A DNA stretch of 62,855 nt, filler included, from Trypethelium eluteriae (GCA_051942245.1; 4 parts of 4 records of this genome joined end to end with filler, not necessarily neighbours in it); one strand, 5' to 3'. Positions 49,662-62,855 are shown, counted from the first letter of the whole stretch. Made by a program: numbers and translations. The notes: generated by a model from the sequence alone, not told the origin.

Positions 49662-51441
49662 TTATATGCTTTCCTCGAATCGCCTCACCATCAATCCCCT
49701 CCCTCTTAAGTGCTCCTTGACTTGCTTTACCGTAAACTCGCCCCTATGAAACTATTCTCAGGTCAGCATTGCATGCTCATCAGGAGAAACATATAATGTC
49801 TACTCACGATACCAGCCCCCAATGCGGCATCCGTTCTCGTACCCTCGAACACCTCCGCAAAATGCTCTGGCTTCCCCGCCCCACTGCTCGCAATGACAGG
49901 AATCTTGATCGCATCCTTTACATCATTGATGAGCTCCAAGTCAAATCCGCTATTTGTCCCATCCTTATCGATGCAGTTGAGTAAGATCTCGCCAGCACCC
50001 ATGGCTTCGACCGCCTGAACGAGCTGGCGGACATCAAAGTCACGCCCCTCCCGCCCTCCTTTGATGGTGCATTGATACCAGCAGTATTCTTCTCCATTCG
50101 GGCCTACAAAGGCAGTCTTGACAGTGTGGTGTGTAGTTGAGGATGGCGATGAGACGTAAATACGTTTTGGATCGACACTGATGACGACAGCTTGGTTACC
50201 GTAAGCTTCGGAGATTGTTTCGATAGCGGTCTTGCCAGAGAGCTTCTTTCCAGTGGCGTAGAATTCTTCGGCTGCCGTAACAGCATCAGAGCCAATACTA
50301 ACTTTGTCCGCGCCGGATTTAAAGTAAAGTGTTGCAATTTCGAGAGCCGATACCTTAGTGCCATCTGTATCGACTGTGTCGCGAATACCTCCGCCTATTG
50401 TGAGGGGAACGAAAACGGTTTCGGAGGTTCGTCGCAGGACTTCGAGCATGGGTGTGTCAGCAACGGGACAGTTGCGGAAGGAGGTAATGTTGAGGAAAGT
50501 GACTTCGTCAGCGCCTTGTTCGTAGTACTGTTTCGCTTTGTCGACTGGTTTGCCTAGATTGCGTACTGCACCACCGGTAGACACGCCATCCTTTTCGCGC
50601 ACGTCGTATTGATCACCTTTGGTGACAACCAAATCGCCTTGGTCATTTGTGCGAACATCAAGACAGGCAATCACTCGACGCGTCAGACCTTCCTTGACGG
50701 CTGTTGGTGACGATGTTGAAGATAGCATTTCGGATTTTCGCCCTTCAAGGAAGGCTCTCAGGACTCGCAGACCTGCAGCACCACTCTTTTCAGGGTGAAA
50801 TTGCGTAGCTAGGATATTGTCTTTCGCAATGGCGCCGACGAATTCCTCATCTCCATATCGTGCTGTAGCCACTACCCACCCATCCTTCTCCAACAGTCCT
50901 TCTTCATATAGTACTGCATATGAATGTACGTAGTAATATTTGCTATCCGATCTCAACCCATATAGGCTCTCGTCGCTTCCTGCAAGTCCTTTTGCAGTGT
51001 TTGCAGAGTTCCATCCAATGTGTGGCACACTCTTGTCACTGTCCTGAAATCTCTCCAATCGACCTGGTATTATTCTTAGTCCAGGGATATTTTGGCTTTC
51101 AGTCGATCCGTCAAAAAGAGCCTGTAGCCCGACGCATATTCCCATAAACGGTTTTCCATCTTGAATGTGCTTCTTGATTGGCTCAGTGTATCCTGCCTTC
51201 GCAAATTGACTCAGACAAAATCCGAAATGGCCGACTCCGGGGAGTATAAGTCTCTGAATGCCTGTCAGAATCAGCTTGGGCCGCAAGGAGTGAGCGGCAG
51301 CGATTAGATGTAGCGCACCTCAGCATTCGCAATATCAGCCGGAGATTTGATCCATTCTACAGTAAAGCCAACTTCTTCAATAGCATTGACAAGAGACCGT
51401 ACGTTGCCAGCTACGTAATCCAGCAAGTGAACTGATGGCAT
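49662..51441 (-). CDS. HIS7: Imidazole glycerol phosphate synthase (fused HisH-HisF)
   Basis: [54 protein letters not shown] and ASSGAG; two introns. Confidence 0.97.
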
Positions 51442-52086
51442 TCTGCGATATTTTTGGGCTCTTTAGACCCGCAGCAGTGGGTGCTCTAAAGGTAATTCAG
51501 CGGTGTAAGAATGTCCCTTTGCAGTTGGTCTCTTTTGGATTTTGGGGGTTAGCGAGAAGGTGTACGTAGAAATATTTCTCAATTTTCTATAGCCCGTTCG
51601 GAGAGATTGCGCAACCACAAACTGTGCTAAGATCGAATCATGTGCGCGTTTCTCGGCAGAGAACAGTATCCCATGGGACGGCACGTTGAGTGGAAGTTTG
51701 TATGGAGATCATGACTGATGACAAGGCAATTGGTGATCCTGGGTGGTCGCGGTATTTTGATAAATGACGTAGCTCGGACCAATCTCTCTCGAAGCTATCA
51801 TGCTCCTATCATCTTGAGGTATTGAGATGGCCAGTAAAGTCCCATTTCGCCCAGCTACCTAGTGTGTACACTTTTCTAGTCACATGCGTGTGGCAGGATT
51901 TCTGGTCACTTTAGCTGCTTGAATTAAATGCCCCGGGTCGATGAATAGATATCTCTATATATGGAAGAAGTTTCTACTTTAGATACGTCAGGCTAGGCCC
52001 TGTCAAACCAGACCAATTCTGGTTTCCACAATTGAAGACAGTGCGTAAAGCGTCGCTGTCCCAAGGCACAGACGAAAGAGGCCGAA

Positions 52087-53544
52087 CTAGTTGTTCGGCC
52101 AGTCGTTCCAATACTGAGTTTCTGAAATACTGTTAGTGGTAACCCATGATTATTTTAGTTGCAACACCTACCATGCTGAACCTCTGGTCCTATCGCTCCA
52201 AACATCCACCCAAATTTTAGTTTGACGAACTGCATCAAATGACTTGCGAGCTTCACATGACCGACATCTGTTGGATGATACAATGGTCCAATATCATTAT
52301 GCTGCAAGATTCCCGTGGTGTTGAAGTAATGTACAAAACCACGTCCCTGTGGTGTATCTGATGTGACATTGCTGTAATTCGCGGACGCTGTCTGGCACAC
52401 TGAACTGTTTCCCCCGTAGGGCGCTGGAGTCGAAGGGCCCGAAAACGCCTGGACGACGTTCTCTATTGCTTGTACATAGGTTGGACCTTGCACCCAGGTG
52501 TCGCCTTGCTGGGACCAACCACCCCAAAGAGAGAAGACGACAATCTGAGCGTCAGGCCAGACGCAGTGAATGCGATTGATGAAAGTAATATAATTGGCCG
52601 TGAACTCTGCATCCGAGACGTTTGCGGAGGAGCCGGCATCGTTGGTACCAATGTTGATCACGACGATATCAGCAGCTGGATGAGCTGAAAAATCCCAGTC
52701 TGGCTGGTTTGAACCATATATTTGCGTTGCCCGGTAGGAAGTGTCGCTCGTCTTGAACCACTGATACAGCTGGCCGTGAGGATTGTTTCCAGAACAAATA
52801 ATGTCTGTAAGACAGATCTAACACATGTTAGTTGATAGGAGTTATTTTCCTAGATTTACGAGGTCAGAGAGATGTTACCCCTGGATGCGCCTCTATAGAG
52901 AATTCCACGTTTCCGAGGCCTTCACCAAAACCCCAGGCCCAGGATGCAATTCCTTCAAGAGTAGCATACTGTCCTGCACTGAGCGAATCCCCAATGATTT
53001 CCACAGTCCTATCGTACGAGGGGAGTTGAACTAGCCGGCCACCTGGAGATAGATGCACGGAATCTATTTGTACTCCGAGTGCCCAGTTCGAAACTCTCAG
53101 CTCAAAAGTCCTGGTAGTATTTGCAGCCGTGGTATTGTATCCGAGTGTTGAGCTCGTTACTAGCTGATGAGTAGAATTTGCTGTGACGTTTGTCAACATC
53201 CAGTCTTCTCCACCATAGCGGTAGGCAATCAAATTTCCGTCATCCGTGTAATTGCCAAAGCTAATGGCAACCTCCGAACCCGTAAAGCCGAATTTAAGCC
53301 CTGGAGCTGACCACCAAGAAATATACATGTCATCCCATCTACCTTTGTATGAGATTTGAGATGAGTTTGGCGGATAAGTCGTCCAGGCTTCATTGATGGA
53401 GACGGCAGTGTCCGGGTAGTTCGTGGGACGGACTTGACCATTTTGAAGAATTGTGCCGTCTGCAGGCAGCAGGAAAGCAAGAAGAGAAAGGATGAGAGGA
53501 ATCAGCGAGGACATGATTCGCACAGGTCGGAATGTCGCCGCCAT
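52087..53544 (-). CDS. Secreted SGNH/GDSL hydrolase (carbohydrate esterase family 2-like)
   Basis: Signal peptide, beta-rich N-terminal domain, IIGDSLSAG (block I), INIGTND (block III) and DIGPLYHPT (catalytic His). Two introns; ends ETQYWNDWPNN*. Confidence 0.88.
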
Positions 53545-53902
53545 GCTAAAGTCTCTCCAAAGCGAAAGAAAGCCATTGCAAGTTGAGGCTGTTCCTTTAC
53601 CTTTAAATGGTCTTTCAATGTGACACGAATAGCCTGAATATTTTGCCGATGGGCAATCTGCTAGACGACTAAATCTCTGGGATACGAAAGTCTTCTGCAG
53701 GTTGCTCCGCGTTCCTGAAAGTCACTATGACGGTGTGGGGAAGACGTGGAGTGCAGGGATGCCGGAAAAGTTGTTCCACCATCCAAATTGGCGCTAGCCA
53801 AGCGCAGCTTACAATCCCTGTCTCTGCATCTTAACTTCTAAGTTCGGCACTCTTGTCTCAATATTTTTCGTTCGAGTAGACAGCTAGACAAAAAAGCTCA
53901 TC

Positions 53903-54676
53903 ATGCCGAGGAAGTTGAAATACCACGAGCATAAGCTTCTTCGGAAAGTCGACCTAGCAAATTACGTAAAGACTCTCTCCTTCAGCAGCGCATTCCTCTA
54001 ATTGTTCGAATCAAAATAAGCTTACGAGAAATTCTGCAGAAATCCGATCAGTCTCACCGCGATGCGCTCGTCATCCAGCGTTATGCCATCCAAAAGCCAT
54101 CTCAATATACCTCATATAACAGAATCTGTGGGTCTTGTAGATCTCTGGCACACAAACTCACCAACCTCGACCCCTCCGACCTCGTGCGCAGAAAATATGA
54201 AGATCTCTTGTTGGAGAAACTCTTTGAATGCGGCATTCTCGGGACAGGAGGAGGGGGCAGAGGGAAGCTGAGTGATGTGGAGCATAAGGTGACCGTGAGC
54301 GCCATGGCGAGGAGGCGGTTAGCTGTTGTGATGACGAGGCTAGGGATGGCAGATACGGTGCAGGCGGCTACAAAGTTTGTAGAACAGGGACATATTCGGT
54401 ATGCATAGATCGCTCGTCGTTGGGATAGCCCGAGGACCCTTCAACACCTAGGAAGCTAACGCCTAATAGAGTTGGTCCGGAAGTAGTCACGGATCCTGCA
54501 TTCATGGTGACGAGGTGAGTGCTGCTTAGGAATGCTCATCCGATGACTTCGAGACAGGAAGCTGACAGAACTAATGTAGGAATATGGAGGACTTCGTGAC
54601 GTGGGTCGACTCCTCGAAGATCAAGAGGAATATCCTCAAGTATCGCGACAAGCTCGACGATTTCGATCTCCTCTAG
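53903..54676 (+). CDS. IMP3: U3 snoRNP protein Imp3
   Basis: [38 protein letters not shown] and [18 protein letters not shown]...DDFDLL*; three introns. Confidence 0.95.
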
Positions 54677-55996
54677 CTCCATTCGCGTCAGCTTACCACC
54701 GCTTCACATTGTTATTTCGAACAATCGCTGGGAGACTGTTGGCGCATCGTTCGCATGTGATACCCGAAGTTCCGAGAAAATGTATCCTTAGATCAATGAA
54801 TACCACTCTACGTATTATTGGTCGACTAATCGATGATTCTGGAGCTGTGTCGCCATTAAAGCTCTTTCTGCTTACTACTCAAGTTATCCAGCTATCTTAT
54901 CATCACATTCATCCACGATAATATTAGGTAATCACATGGGATTTCGTTCAACTCTGCGCTGAAGTAAAGCGTGCAGTATTTTAAGACTAAAACTGAAGGA
55001 TCAAGAGATTGTACAGGGTCGCTAAGGCTGCTTATGAATCGTTTGCTTATATGTAGTGTCGTTAGGTTCGATTATCTTCCAAGACATTGTACCTCACACC
55101 CGGGTCCGAGAGGTAACCACCAAATACCGTGACTCGACAGTACCCTACGCTTGAACCCCCACGCACTCGCAACGCACAGACCCCAGAAAAATTGATGCAA
55201 TCGTCGTGAGCATGACCGTTGGATCTCGGTGTAGCCGACAATGGGTTCAGCAACAGCTCGAGGAGCCTGTTTACAGAGGCAACGCGGAGATAAGCGAGCG
55301 CCGCCTGCGACTCTGAAGTCGACTGGTAACGCTGTGCCACCTTATCTTTGGTATGACCTCCGACGCATGTTCAGTGGCGATGCAGGAAGCAAAAGATCCC
55401 ATAGTCATTATCCCGGGCTTTAGCGGCGACCCTTGAAACGGCCTGGCAACAATCGGTTCTACGGATGGCAGCCTTCGCCGCAGCCTCGATGGAACGAAAC
55501 CAATCTCTTGTTGTGAATTTTGCTCAGCTGCGTAGAAGAAAGACCGGGCTCTCCGATTATTGAAATAAGCCATGCACCTCGTGAAGACGGAGTGTGAAGC
55601 GCTCTATTTATAATCTAAAACCTTTACGTCTGCATCAACCGCAATATGGATATTGCTGAGTCGTTGAGCTATGCTAACACTGAGGATAAACGTAAGCAAT
55701 TTTGCAAAACGCCGCCAAATGAATTGATCGACTTCATGACTCCTAGGTATAGCTCATAAAGAGGACCCGTTCAATTCAGAGTCACTGACAAGATAGACAG
55801 AACCCTTGAATCTTCATCAAGAAGGTCGGTCGGTCGGTGCGGACAAAATTGATCCCAAGACTGCTCGATACGGGCAATATCTCCTTTCCCTTTACGCACT
55901 CCTTCAGTGCAGATTTGTGAGACCTCTTCGTCGAGTCTTTGGCGTGAGAGTACACTAACTCGCAACTGCTTATAATTCCTATTTCCGCCTTCCGCG

Positions 55997-57318
55997 ATGG
56001 CAACGACGATCACGCGGCCTGCATCTTTGCAGAACCAATCGCCGACCAATCTTGGTCCTCTGACGACGACTTTCACCCCACCAGCTTCATGTTCGCCAAT
56101 TTTGTGGTGGGACTACCAGGGAGACGTCCACGCCTATTCGGCGCAAGCCTGTTTCGAAGAAGGGATAGTTAATGACAGTTTGTGTTGGCCATCTCGAGCT
56201 AATGAGACCCGGAATTTCGAATCCTTTCTGTCACCACTTCAGGGGTATGGAGTGTATTCCCCTGGTTACATTTGTCCCATTGGATACACCAGTGCTTGTG
56301 CCAACGCATTTTCTGGCCAGATCACTGCTCTCCGCACTTTTGCTTTTCAATATCCGCTGATGGATTCTGAGTATGCTGTAGGATGCTGCCCAACGTAAGT
56401 TCTTTCGGTACCTGTACCCAATTTTCATCTGTTGAGTCTGCGACTAGGGGCTTAACCTGCCACCATGATGATGATGGCTTGCAAACGTGTGCTACGGTTG
56501 CACGTTCCACTACCATCGCTGCAGCAATTTGCCAAACTAGTGCCGATAATTCCTTTGACGGTGGTCTTGTATGGAATCAAACACCTGCAAATACCAGCTC
56601 TGTTGCTGTTACGATACCAGGCCATCTTACTATAGACTACAGCACAACACTTGAAAAAGATAGCTCTGTTATTACTGCGATTTCAAGGTCTCCGATCAGC
56701 ACAATGGCTATATATGCTCCCCTTATCCAGCTAGTATATCAAACGAGTGATCTCTTAGGCTTTCATACTACGCTGAATTCAACAAATTCAAGGCCTGTCA
56801 CGTCAAAGATCGATTCTCTTTCTGGCGGCGCTATTGCGGGTATCGTTATAGGCGCTCTAAGCGGACTTGTTTTTCTACTCGCGCTTGTTTACTTTCTCCT
56901 CTGGCGGAGACGACAGCAAATATCGAGGGGTAAAAGCGACTTTAGTAAGGTGGAGGAGTAGTCAAGGGAGAAGACAACAGGCCAAGGCGAGCAATTACAT
57001 GAAGCCGGCGGAGAAAATAGAGGTAGGGAACTCCCGACAGAAATAACAAACCTTGCAGCGGAGCTTGAGGTATTGGATACAGTAAGGGACCGCCAGACAG
57101 GAACAACGATCCTTACACAAGAGCCCGAAGTACTTGATATAGTATATGAACTACATGAAGAGACAGCAGCCCAGACACAGCCGAATCAGGATCAAGGAGA
57201 ACCAGGAAATGGTCATTCTGGGGGGCGTGAAGTTGTGTTCATGCGACCTACTGTCCGTGGACGGCGTCTCCGGACCAGAACGACGAGGATGAGAAGACTG
57301 AGGAGAACATCGCTCTGA
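55997..57318 (+). CDS. Single-pass membrane protein with Cys-rich ectodomain; in-frame TAG at 56959-56961 followed by 118 further open codons
   Basis: LGPLTTTFTPPASC, YSPGYICPIGY and GCCP; intron 56395-56447; TM GAIAGIVIGALSGLVFLLALVYFLLW-RRR. Confidence 0.75.
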
Positions 57319-58219
57319 ATCTTACGTCGCCTCCGTCAATATCTTTGGTCACTTTGGTGGAGGCAAGGCATCGCCTACCGCAGCACCTCAAGCGTGGGCT
57401 GCCTCCGCAAACGCGCCAAATGCTGCGCATTCACGTCGAAACCACCCTTCCCGTCCTTATCATATGGTCCTGTGGCGTAAGGTTCCGGAGGCATGAGCAA
57501 GAACCTCTCTTACATCATCTGCTCGCATGGCAGAACTAGCCATCTCTTCTCCACCGCTATCACTCGCAAGTCCATCACGCTAGGGACGTTGAAATCCGGT
57601 CTGCCATCCTTCATCACGGCCTTGTGAGGAATGGGTTGGGAGCGGAAGTGCGCGTCGGTGGTTTCAGATCCATCAGCTCAGCGGTTCGAGCATCTAAGAC
57701 CCCGATGAGACGAGTAGGAAGTGGAGAAGACGTCGTATAATGTGGAGTTCTCACTTGTCCATATTGGTATCTGCTAGGAGTTTGGGTTGGCTTTGGGGAC
57801 AAAAGTAGACTTGGAAGAAATCACGCCATAGGTGTTCGCGTAATGTTTTGTATTGTTGTTTGTATGGAAAGTCATCATGATTACTAGTGATGTTGCTCTT
57901 ATGGAATTCAAAACAGAGAAGGTACAGAGTACTTTGAAACGTTGAGAGAAAAGTTAGTAGAAAATGAAATGGACTGATTACACACCCTGTAGTTTTGGTG
58001 TCTTACCTCTTGGCACTCAAGGCAGCACCAATTGCAGCGTCTACTTTGAGTGGTTTGGTGAAAGTCGTAAGCTTTGTTTGAGTTTGAGAGAGCAATGTAC
58101 ATGGGACGGCATCGGCCCATCCGAAGTAAGTTAAGCATGCCAGACTGTGTACATACTTTACGGACAACGCGGGCCCTTGGTAAGAGACCAATCATACCTA
58201 TTTTGAAGTTTGATGTCGC

Positions 58220-59970
58220 TCAGGATTCGCTCAGCATCGGCTCACTCTCACTATCAACATCCTTCTCTTTCTTCCCCTTCTTCCCCTTCTTTGTCTTTCC
58301 CTGTTTCTTCTTCTCAGTCCTATCAACCTGCTCCTGAACTCTCTTTCTCTCCTTTTCTCCAGCCTTTTGTAACTTCGCCTCTAGCGCCCTAAACTTCTCT
58401 CCTTCAGCATCCAATTCCGTCAAACTCTCCAGGAGCTTAATCTCCTGGGCATAATTAAGGACACCTGCTGCCAAGGTCCCCTTCTCACCATCCACAACAT
58501 TCCCATCAACATCCAGCGAGGTGCTTGGCGTTTCGAGTATCAGCGGTAAGCCGTAGAAGCGCGGTTCGTTCATGACGGAGTGAAATGCTCGGAGACCAAG
58601 AAATCCGAGACCGATGTTGAAGTGCAGATCGCGGCCCGAGTTGAAAGGAGCCTTGCTATCGTTGAGATGCAATGCCTTGAGGTATTTCATCCCAATGATT
58701 TCATCAAACTTGCTGAGAGTCTCATTGAAGACGGCAGGAGTGCGAAGGTCGTAGCCGGCGGCGAAGACGTGTGCAGTGTCGAGGCAAACGCCAACCCGCG
58801 ATTTGTCGGAGATGAGAGCGATAGTGTCGCGGAGATCTTCGAAAGTCGAGCCGATGACATTGCCGCCTGCAGCCATGGTCTCCAGGACAGTTATCACGGA
58901 AGGGGTTGCTTTGTGTGCGTTGTTCAGGTGCGTAGCCAGTCGAGCAATGGCTTCAGAGCGGGGGAGGCCATTTGTATTTCCGGGATGAAAATTGTAGAGT
59001 TTGATGCCTAGCTTTTCGCAGCGTTGAAGATCGTCGAGGAAAGAGTTGTACGCCTGACTGGCACGAGTTGCATCCGCATGCGCAAGGTTGACAAGATAAG
59101 AGCCATGAGGTAGGATATGCTGGGCTTGGTCGTAGGAATGTTCCTTGCAGTTCGAAAGGAAACCATCCAAATGCTCATCTTTGAGGGGTGGGTTCTCCCA
59201 TTTCCGCTGGGATTTGAGGAAGAGGGCGAATGCATTGCCACCAATATAAGCGGAACGTGTTACAGAGTTATTGACCCCTGTGATATCTTCAGCATCTACT
59301 GTGACCAGGTACAGCAGTCTAGATCAATCAAGCAAGATCTGCATTTCAATATCAGCCTACCTCCTGCACCACTGACATGTGCTCCGACGAACATCTTATG
59401 TCCGAGGGTTCTTGGAGCGATAGGTATTTCTGAAGCTTCCTTTTCCTCTTTGGTCTTGCGTTTCCTTTTTGGCTTCTTAGGCACAGCTCCGTCCTCATCC
59501 GTGTCTACTTGTTCTTTGGTCTCAGATTCTTTGGCTTTGGCTTTGGCTTTGGCTCGTTTATGACCGCCTTTTTCAGTCCTTACGATATCGGTCTCGACTT
59601 CGTCCGCAGAGGCGAGCTCTGTTTTGTCTTCAATGATGGTTTCTGCTTTGAGCGTCCTTGGCTTGCGACCTCGTTCCTTGAAACTTGTGTCACCAATTTC
59701 CTCTTTGACTTCTTCAGTTTTGACCTGAGTTGCGCTACTGCTCGCCTGCTGAGTCCGTACTCTTTTTGAAGCCTTTGTGGCACCGTCAGGATGGATTTCA
59801 AGTTTCCGTTTATTGCCTTTAGATACAGCTTTAACCTCTTTGCTGTCCGGCTTGGGGATATTCTTGGTACGGGCTATGCCAGACTTCCTGGATTTCTTGC
59901 TGGGTCGATCGTCAAGCTCTGATGTTAGTGATGAGAGTTCTGATTCTGAGAGATCTTCAAGCGTTTTCAT
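58220..59970 (-). CDS. APN1: Apurinic/apyrimidinic endonuclease (endonuclease IV family)
   Basis: Lys-rich N-terminal extension, VGAHVSGAGG, FALFLKSQRKW, PHGSYLVNLA, YNFHPG, GVCLDTAHVFAAGYD, LHLNDSK and LILETP; one intron at ~59360-59278. Confidence 0.95.
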
Positions 59971-60146
59971 GATTTCGATGCAGAGTCAAGAGTACTGCAA
60001 GAAATGTAAGGGACCGACAATGCAGTTGCGAAGAGTTGGGGAGCGTCAGAGCAGTAGCTTGAGTACAAGTCAAGAAGCTCCCATTCGGTAACGACAGATA
60101 AGCTACGCAAAGAGCCGATTACAGAGGCGGGACTGTTCGTATATAA

Positions 60147-60158
60147 AATACGCGTATT
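60147..60158. promoter_or_regulatory. Palindrome AATACGCGTATT containing an MCB (ACGCGT) box in the APN1/YCG1 divergent promoter
   Basis: Perfect 12-bp palindrome next to TATAAAA, between two divergent DNA-metabolism genes. Confidence 0.5.
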
Positions 60159-60439
60159 ACGCTAGCACGAGTCGAAAGTCTTGATTGAAAAGGTTGCGCA
60201 TGCGTAAAAATTGACCTCTTGCAGTCCTGCGACCGGAGGTAGTGGTGCGCCATGGAACAGGGCAAGTTCGCGATGCCAATCAGGACCGCACGATCTAATC
60301 ACGGATCTTCCCGCCACATTTCCGAATTCGGTGAAATGTTTATGCAAAACAACAACATCACCTCCACCTCACCCGGACACCTCTGTTAGCCATAAAGATC
60401 GCAACCCGTATCTTCACCATCAGAAAAGAGCTTATTAAA

Positions 60440-62855
60440 ATGCCAGGGCGAGTTGCTACTAAGTCTGCTCGCTCGTCAGCCATATCGCGCAAATCGTCGG
60501 TCCAAACTCTCAATTCGCGCGCATCAACCGCAACACGCGCGTCGAGTAATAACGCAGATATTCCCGATGAAGGGCCCAGTTCTTCCCTGCGCAAGAAAGT
60601 CTGCCTCGTTTTCGCCGATGCGCAGCGCTCAGCTGCGACGCACCGAAAGTCGGTGATTAGTTTGAGGAAGGCCCAGGAGTTTTGCTGCTATGAGCCGGCG
60701 TCTAAATCAAGCAAACATGTGGAGGAGGACTTTGATGAAGACGACTTTACGAATGAAATGTTGAGATGCATAACGAGGCTGCTGGTTATCAAGAAGAGTG
60801 AACCAGTTGGTGACAGACTTGTTCGATTTTTGGGGCTTTTTCTAAAGCACGCTACGGAAAAAGGTAAATGTCCATTCATTTCGTTCACCAGAATGCTACG
60901 AAATGCTAACAGCAATTTAGACAATGAAATCAATCGCCCTGCCGATGCCGATGAAACTGAAACGTATTCAGAAACACCAAGCTCCCGCCTCACCTCATCA
61001 ATAATATCACTACTCCTGCAATTGCTCCCCTCAAAGGACAAAGTGGTCCGCTTCCGCTGCACGCAAATGATCTCCTTCATCATCAATACCCTTGACTTTA
61101 TCGATGACGAGCTCTTCGACTACATCCGTCTCGGTCTTCTCAAACGCCTTCGTGACAAAGAACCCTCCGTCCGTGTGCAAGCCGTCCACGGTCTTGGTCG
61201 TTTGGCAGGTGAAGGTGATGCGCAAGCGGAGGCTGAAGATAGCGATGAAGAGAATGTAGCCACTGGGGTATTGGAAAAACTGCTAGATATCCTACAGAAT
61301 GACCCGAGCGGTGATGTGAGGAGGACGCTGCTCTTAAACCTTCCTCTCACGCCTGCGACGCTGCCTTACCTCCTAGAACGTGCGAGAGATGTAGATGGCG
61401 CGACGAGAAGGGCATTGTATGCTAGATTGCTCCCTGCCCTAGGAGATTTCCGACATCTATCGCTCACCCATCGGGAGAAGTTACTCCGTTGGGGACTAAG
61501 GGACCGCGATGACGCAGTAAGAAAGGCGACTGCAAGACTTTTCCGCGAACGGTGGATCGAGGATGTTGCTGCCTCGCATCGACTTCAACTGGAAATTCAA
61601 GAGGGAGACGAGGCCAACAAAGATGCGCAAACCCAGATATCAACAGAACCCAGCTACGAAGGTCTTTTGGAGCTCTTAGAACGTATCGATATCGTAAACT
61701 CAGGCGGTGAAACTGGAATTGCCCTTGAAGCGATGTATGAATTTTGGGATGGCCGTCCCGATTACCGCGATGCCATCACTTTTGAAGATTCCTTCTGGAA
61801 CGAGTTGACGCCAGAAAGTGCATTCGTCGTACGAACATTGAACGGCTATTGTCGCTCTGAAAGTAAAGACTCGCGACTGATCGATCTGATAGAGACTAAG
61901 ATGCCTGAAGTCACTAAATTCGGGTTCCTGTTGCAAAAGCAAATTGATGTTCTGATCGAGCAAGTCAAGAGAATTGCCACCACGGAAGGTGAAGACGGTG
62001 TCGAGGCAGAGGAGGATACTGTACAGCAGGAATTTCTTGTGGAGCAAATGCTTCATATCGCCTTGACTCTCGATTACAGTGACGAGATCGGAAGGAGGAA
62101 GATGAGTGCCTTGATGCGCGAGAGCCTTGCCATGCCTGAGCTTCCTGAGGAGAGCACAAGACTGGTCATCGAAGTGTTGAGGACTGTTTGTGGGCCATAC
62201 GATGCCGGCGAGAGGGAGTTTTGCGAGGTTGTGCTGGAGGCGATCGCAGAAGTTCACGACACGATTATGGGTGAAGAGCCGTCGAAAGCTGAAGACGAGG
62301 ACGAAAGTTTTCATTCAGCGAGGTCAGAGCTCAGCTCGGACGATACACCGACGGCCAAAGGAGGAAAGGGTAGGAGACAAAGAGATGACTCGGAAGTCAG
62401 TGAAGACGCCTCTGAAGGGGCAGAGGATGAGGAGAAAGCAATCAAAGAGATCATGGTCAACATGAAGTGCCTGCATATTGCGCAGTGCATGCTGCAGAAC
62501 GTGCAATGCAATCTGGAGCAGAACAGCCATCTCGTCACGATGTTGAATAATCTAGTAGTCCCGGCGGTTAGGAGTCAAGAGGCACCGATCAGGGAGAGAG
62601 GCTTGCTATGCTTGGGTCTCTGTTGCCTCCTGGGCAAGGTCAGTCTGCCACCTATCCAAATCCCGGTTAACTGTGAGCATCTCTGCTAATCCAATCGCAC
62701 AGAATCTTGCCTCAGAAAACATAACTCTCTTCCTCCACTGTTTCGCACGCGGTCACCCCGCCCTACAAATCATTTCCCTCCAAATCATCACCGACATCCT
62801 CACCACGCATCCCTCGCTCCTCTCGCCCACAACCCCTTCCCAACTCACCGAGCAC
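60440..62855 (+). CDS. YCG1: Condensin subunit Ycg1/Cnd3 (CAP-G), 3'-truncated
   Basis: FADAQRS.ATHRK, KKSEPVGDR, KDKVVRFR, RLRDKEPSVR, QNDPSGDVRR, LERARDVD and LDYSDEIGRRKM; introns ~60864-60920 and ~62639-62702. Confidence 0.95.

Noticed and set aside
51711..51719. ATGACTGAT as a Gcn4/CpcA site upstream of HIS7
   Set aside because: One mismatch in the core of a short motif; plausible but indistinguishable from chance.
55062..55573. Two overlapping minus-strand ORFs of ~100 aa
   Set aside because: No motifs and no clean join between them; could be a remnant but unsupported.

Overview
Eukaryotic DNA from a filamentous ascomycete (Pezizomycotina): short spliceosomal introns with CTAAC/CTGAC branch sites and typical fungal housekeeping genes. 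The window is not one locus. It is four contigs (15682, 15665, 15635 and 15573 bp, in descending size) joined by 100-nt N/TTAATTAATTAA/N linkers, so genes are truncated at the joins and linkage across them is meaningless. Contig 1: tail of a GPI-like Gly/Asn-rich protein, a small secreted protein, a HeLo-like/NACHT (NLR-type) gene with one in-frame TAG, an MFS transporter, and tandem PAPS reductase plus ATP sulfurylase. Contig 2: spastin-like AAA ATPase, mitoferrin (two GC-AG introns), mitochondrial AsnRS, microbial-type PARG, COA6, SYS1, TFC4. Contig 3: FAB1 3' end, SRS2-like helicase, a ~6.5 kb island of decayed genes (SNF2-like ATPase, RGG/CCCH protein, duplicated fragment), ER FKBP and a membrane protein. 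Contig 4: AIP1, HIS7, CE2-like SGNH esterase, IMP3, a membrane protein with one in-frame TAG, APN1, YCG1. Most notable are the single-TAG interruptions in otherwise open genes, the pseudogene island, and recurrent C-rich to G-rich strand-skew switches. Exon boundaries and family calls were read by eye and need HMM/RNA-seq confirmation.
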